A stretch of 64,000 nucleotides of DNA from an uncultured Hormoscilla sp. (GTDB lineage Bacteria > Cyanobacteriota > Cyanobacteriia > Cyanobacteriales > Desertifilaceae), in NCBI GenBank assembly GCA_963921275.4, contig OZ001293.3:4736001-4800000 (forward strand), read 5' to 3'. Position 1 is the stretch's first letter; each line of letters opens with the position of its first letter. Below, one piece after another: positions 63,129 through 64,000 of the stretch. The notes below the pieces were generated by a model. That model ran no database searches. It was not told the origin of the DNA and saw nothing but the letters and a program-made list of their open reading frames with translations. A program made the translations under genes and the position numbers.

Positions 63129-64000
63129 ATGCCATCCATTGATGAGATTATTCAACAGGGGTTAAACCCCTTTGACCCAGTCAGTTTTACCACGGGGAAC
63201 TTTTGGCAAGAACAACTAGACCTTGCCCCCAGCATTAACTCGATTCACGAACGGGAACTAGCCTCAATAGCAGCAGTGCTAGAGCAGGTAGCCAAAGACC
63301 ATCGCCCCCGCACCATCATGCTGACCGGAGACTCCGGTTCGGGCAAGAGTTATCTATTAAAGCGGCTCAAACAGGAATTTAACAGCCAAGCCTTTTTTGC
63401 CTACATCGGTCCCTGGGCAGATAGCAACTACATCTGGCGTCATACCCTGCGCCATACTGTTGATAGCTTGATGAAAGTGCCAAAGTACCAAGAAGATTCT
63501 CAGTTGGTACTCTGGATGAAAAGTCTATCGGCTTTCAGCGATGGTAGTCTGATGAAAAGGTTACTGGGCGAGCGGAAACAATTCATTAATGACCTGAGAG
63601 CCACCTATCCATTGGGAATTTACAATGCGAAAGAGTTTTTTGGGGTATTGTACGACCTGAATAATCCGAAACTGAAGATGACAGCGTATGACTGGTTGCG
63701 GGGAGACGATCTAGATCCAGACGATCTGAAAGCTTTGGGAGTAAAAAAGGCGCTCGACAGTGAAGATGCGGCACAAAATATCCTGATTAATTTTGGCATA
63801 ATTTCTGCTGATACCAACCCAATCGTGCTGTGCTTTGACCAACTGGATAACATCCCCCGCCTGCAAGATAACTTCCTAGATATCCAAGCTTTGTTTAATG
63901 TCAACTCTAGCATTCACAATTACTCGCCTAACAACTTGCTGGCGATCGTTAGTATTATTAAGAATACTTGGAAACGGAATAGTGAGATGGTGCAATCTGC
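63129..64000 (+). CDS. P-loop ATPase (RcaG-like), runs off the window edge
   Basis: MPSIDEIIQQGLNPFD...GDSGSGKS...VLCFDQLD. Confidence 0.8.
   Translation, partial: MPSIDEIIQQGLNPFDPVSFTTGNFWQEQLDLAPSINSIHERELASIAAVLEQVAKDHRPRTIMLTGDSGSGKSYLLKRLKQEFNSQAFFAYIGPWADSNYIWRHTLRHTVDSLMKVPKYQEDSQLVLWMKSLSAFSDGSLMKRLLGERKQFINDLRATYPLGIYNAKEFFGVLYDLNNPKLKMTAYDWLRGDDLDPDDLKALGVKKALDSEDAAQNILINFGIISADTNPIVLCFDQLDNIPRLQDNFLDIQALFNVNSSIHNYSPNNLLAIVSIIKNTWKRNSEMVQS

Overview
Cyanobacterial chromosome segment. HIP1 (GCGATCGC) is abundant and a form IB rbcL-rbcX-rbcS operon is present; many genes are broken by nonsense mutations, truncations or mini-repeats. The main structural signal is group II intron proliferation, with eight intron copies. 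Three carry RT/maturase ORFs and five have no ORF. (1) A 6.5-kb nest of four introns (20093-26604) sits inside a small gene. (2) An intron splits desA. (3) A near-identical 871-bp ORF-less intron occurs four times: inserted into itself, antisense into two genes, and each time ending in a non-canonical ...CCCCATCC, which reading-frame and empty-site reconstruction place inside the element. A second signal is an apparently foreign six-gene biosynthetic operon (33929-39932). It encodes a heme-oxygenase-like diiron enzyme, a carrier-protein/methyltransferase fusion, a methyltransferase, a ureohydrolase, a MurL-like PP-loop enzyme and an EamA exporter. Also present: a toxin-antitoxin patch with a reused promoter cassette, an LRR protein varying only at its binding face, a tandem TPR-glycosyltransferase triplication remodelled at HIP1 sites, pyrD, panB and an rcaD/rcaG-like ATPase locus. 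All family assignments are from motif recognition by eye; no searches were run.
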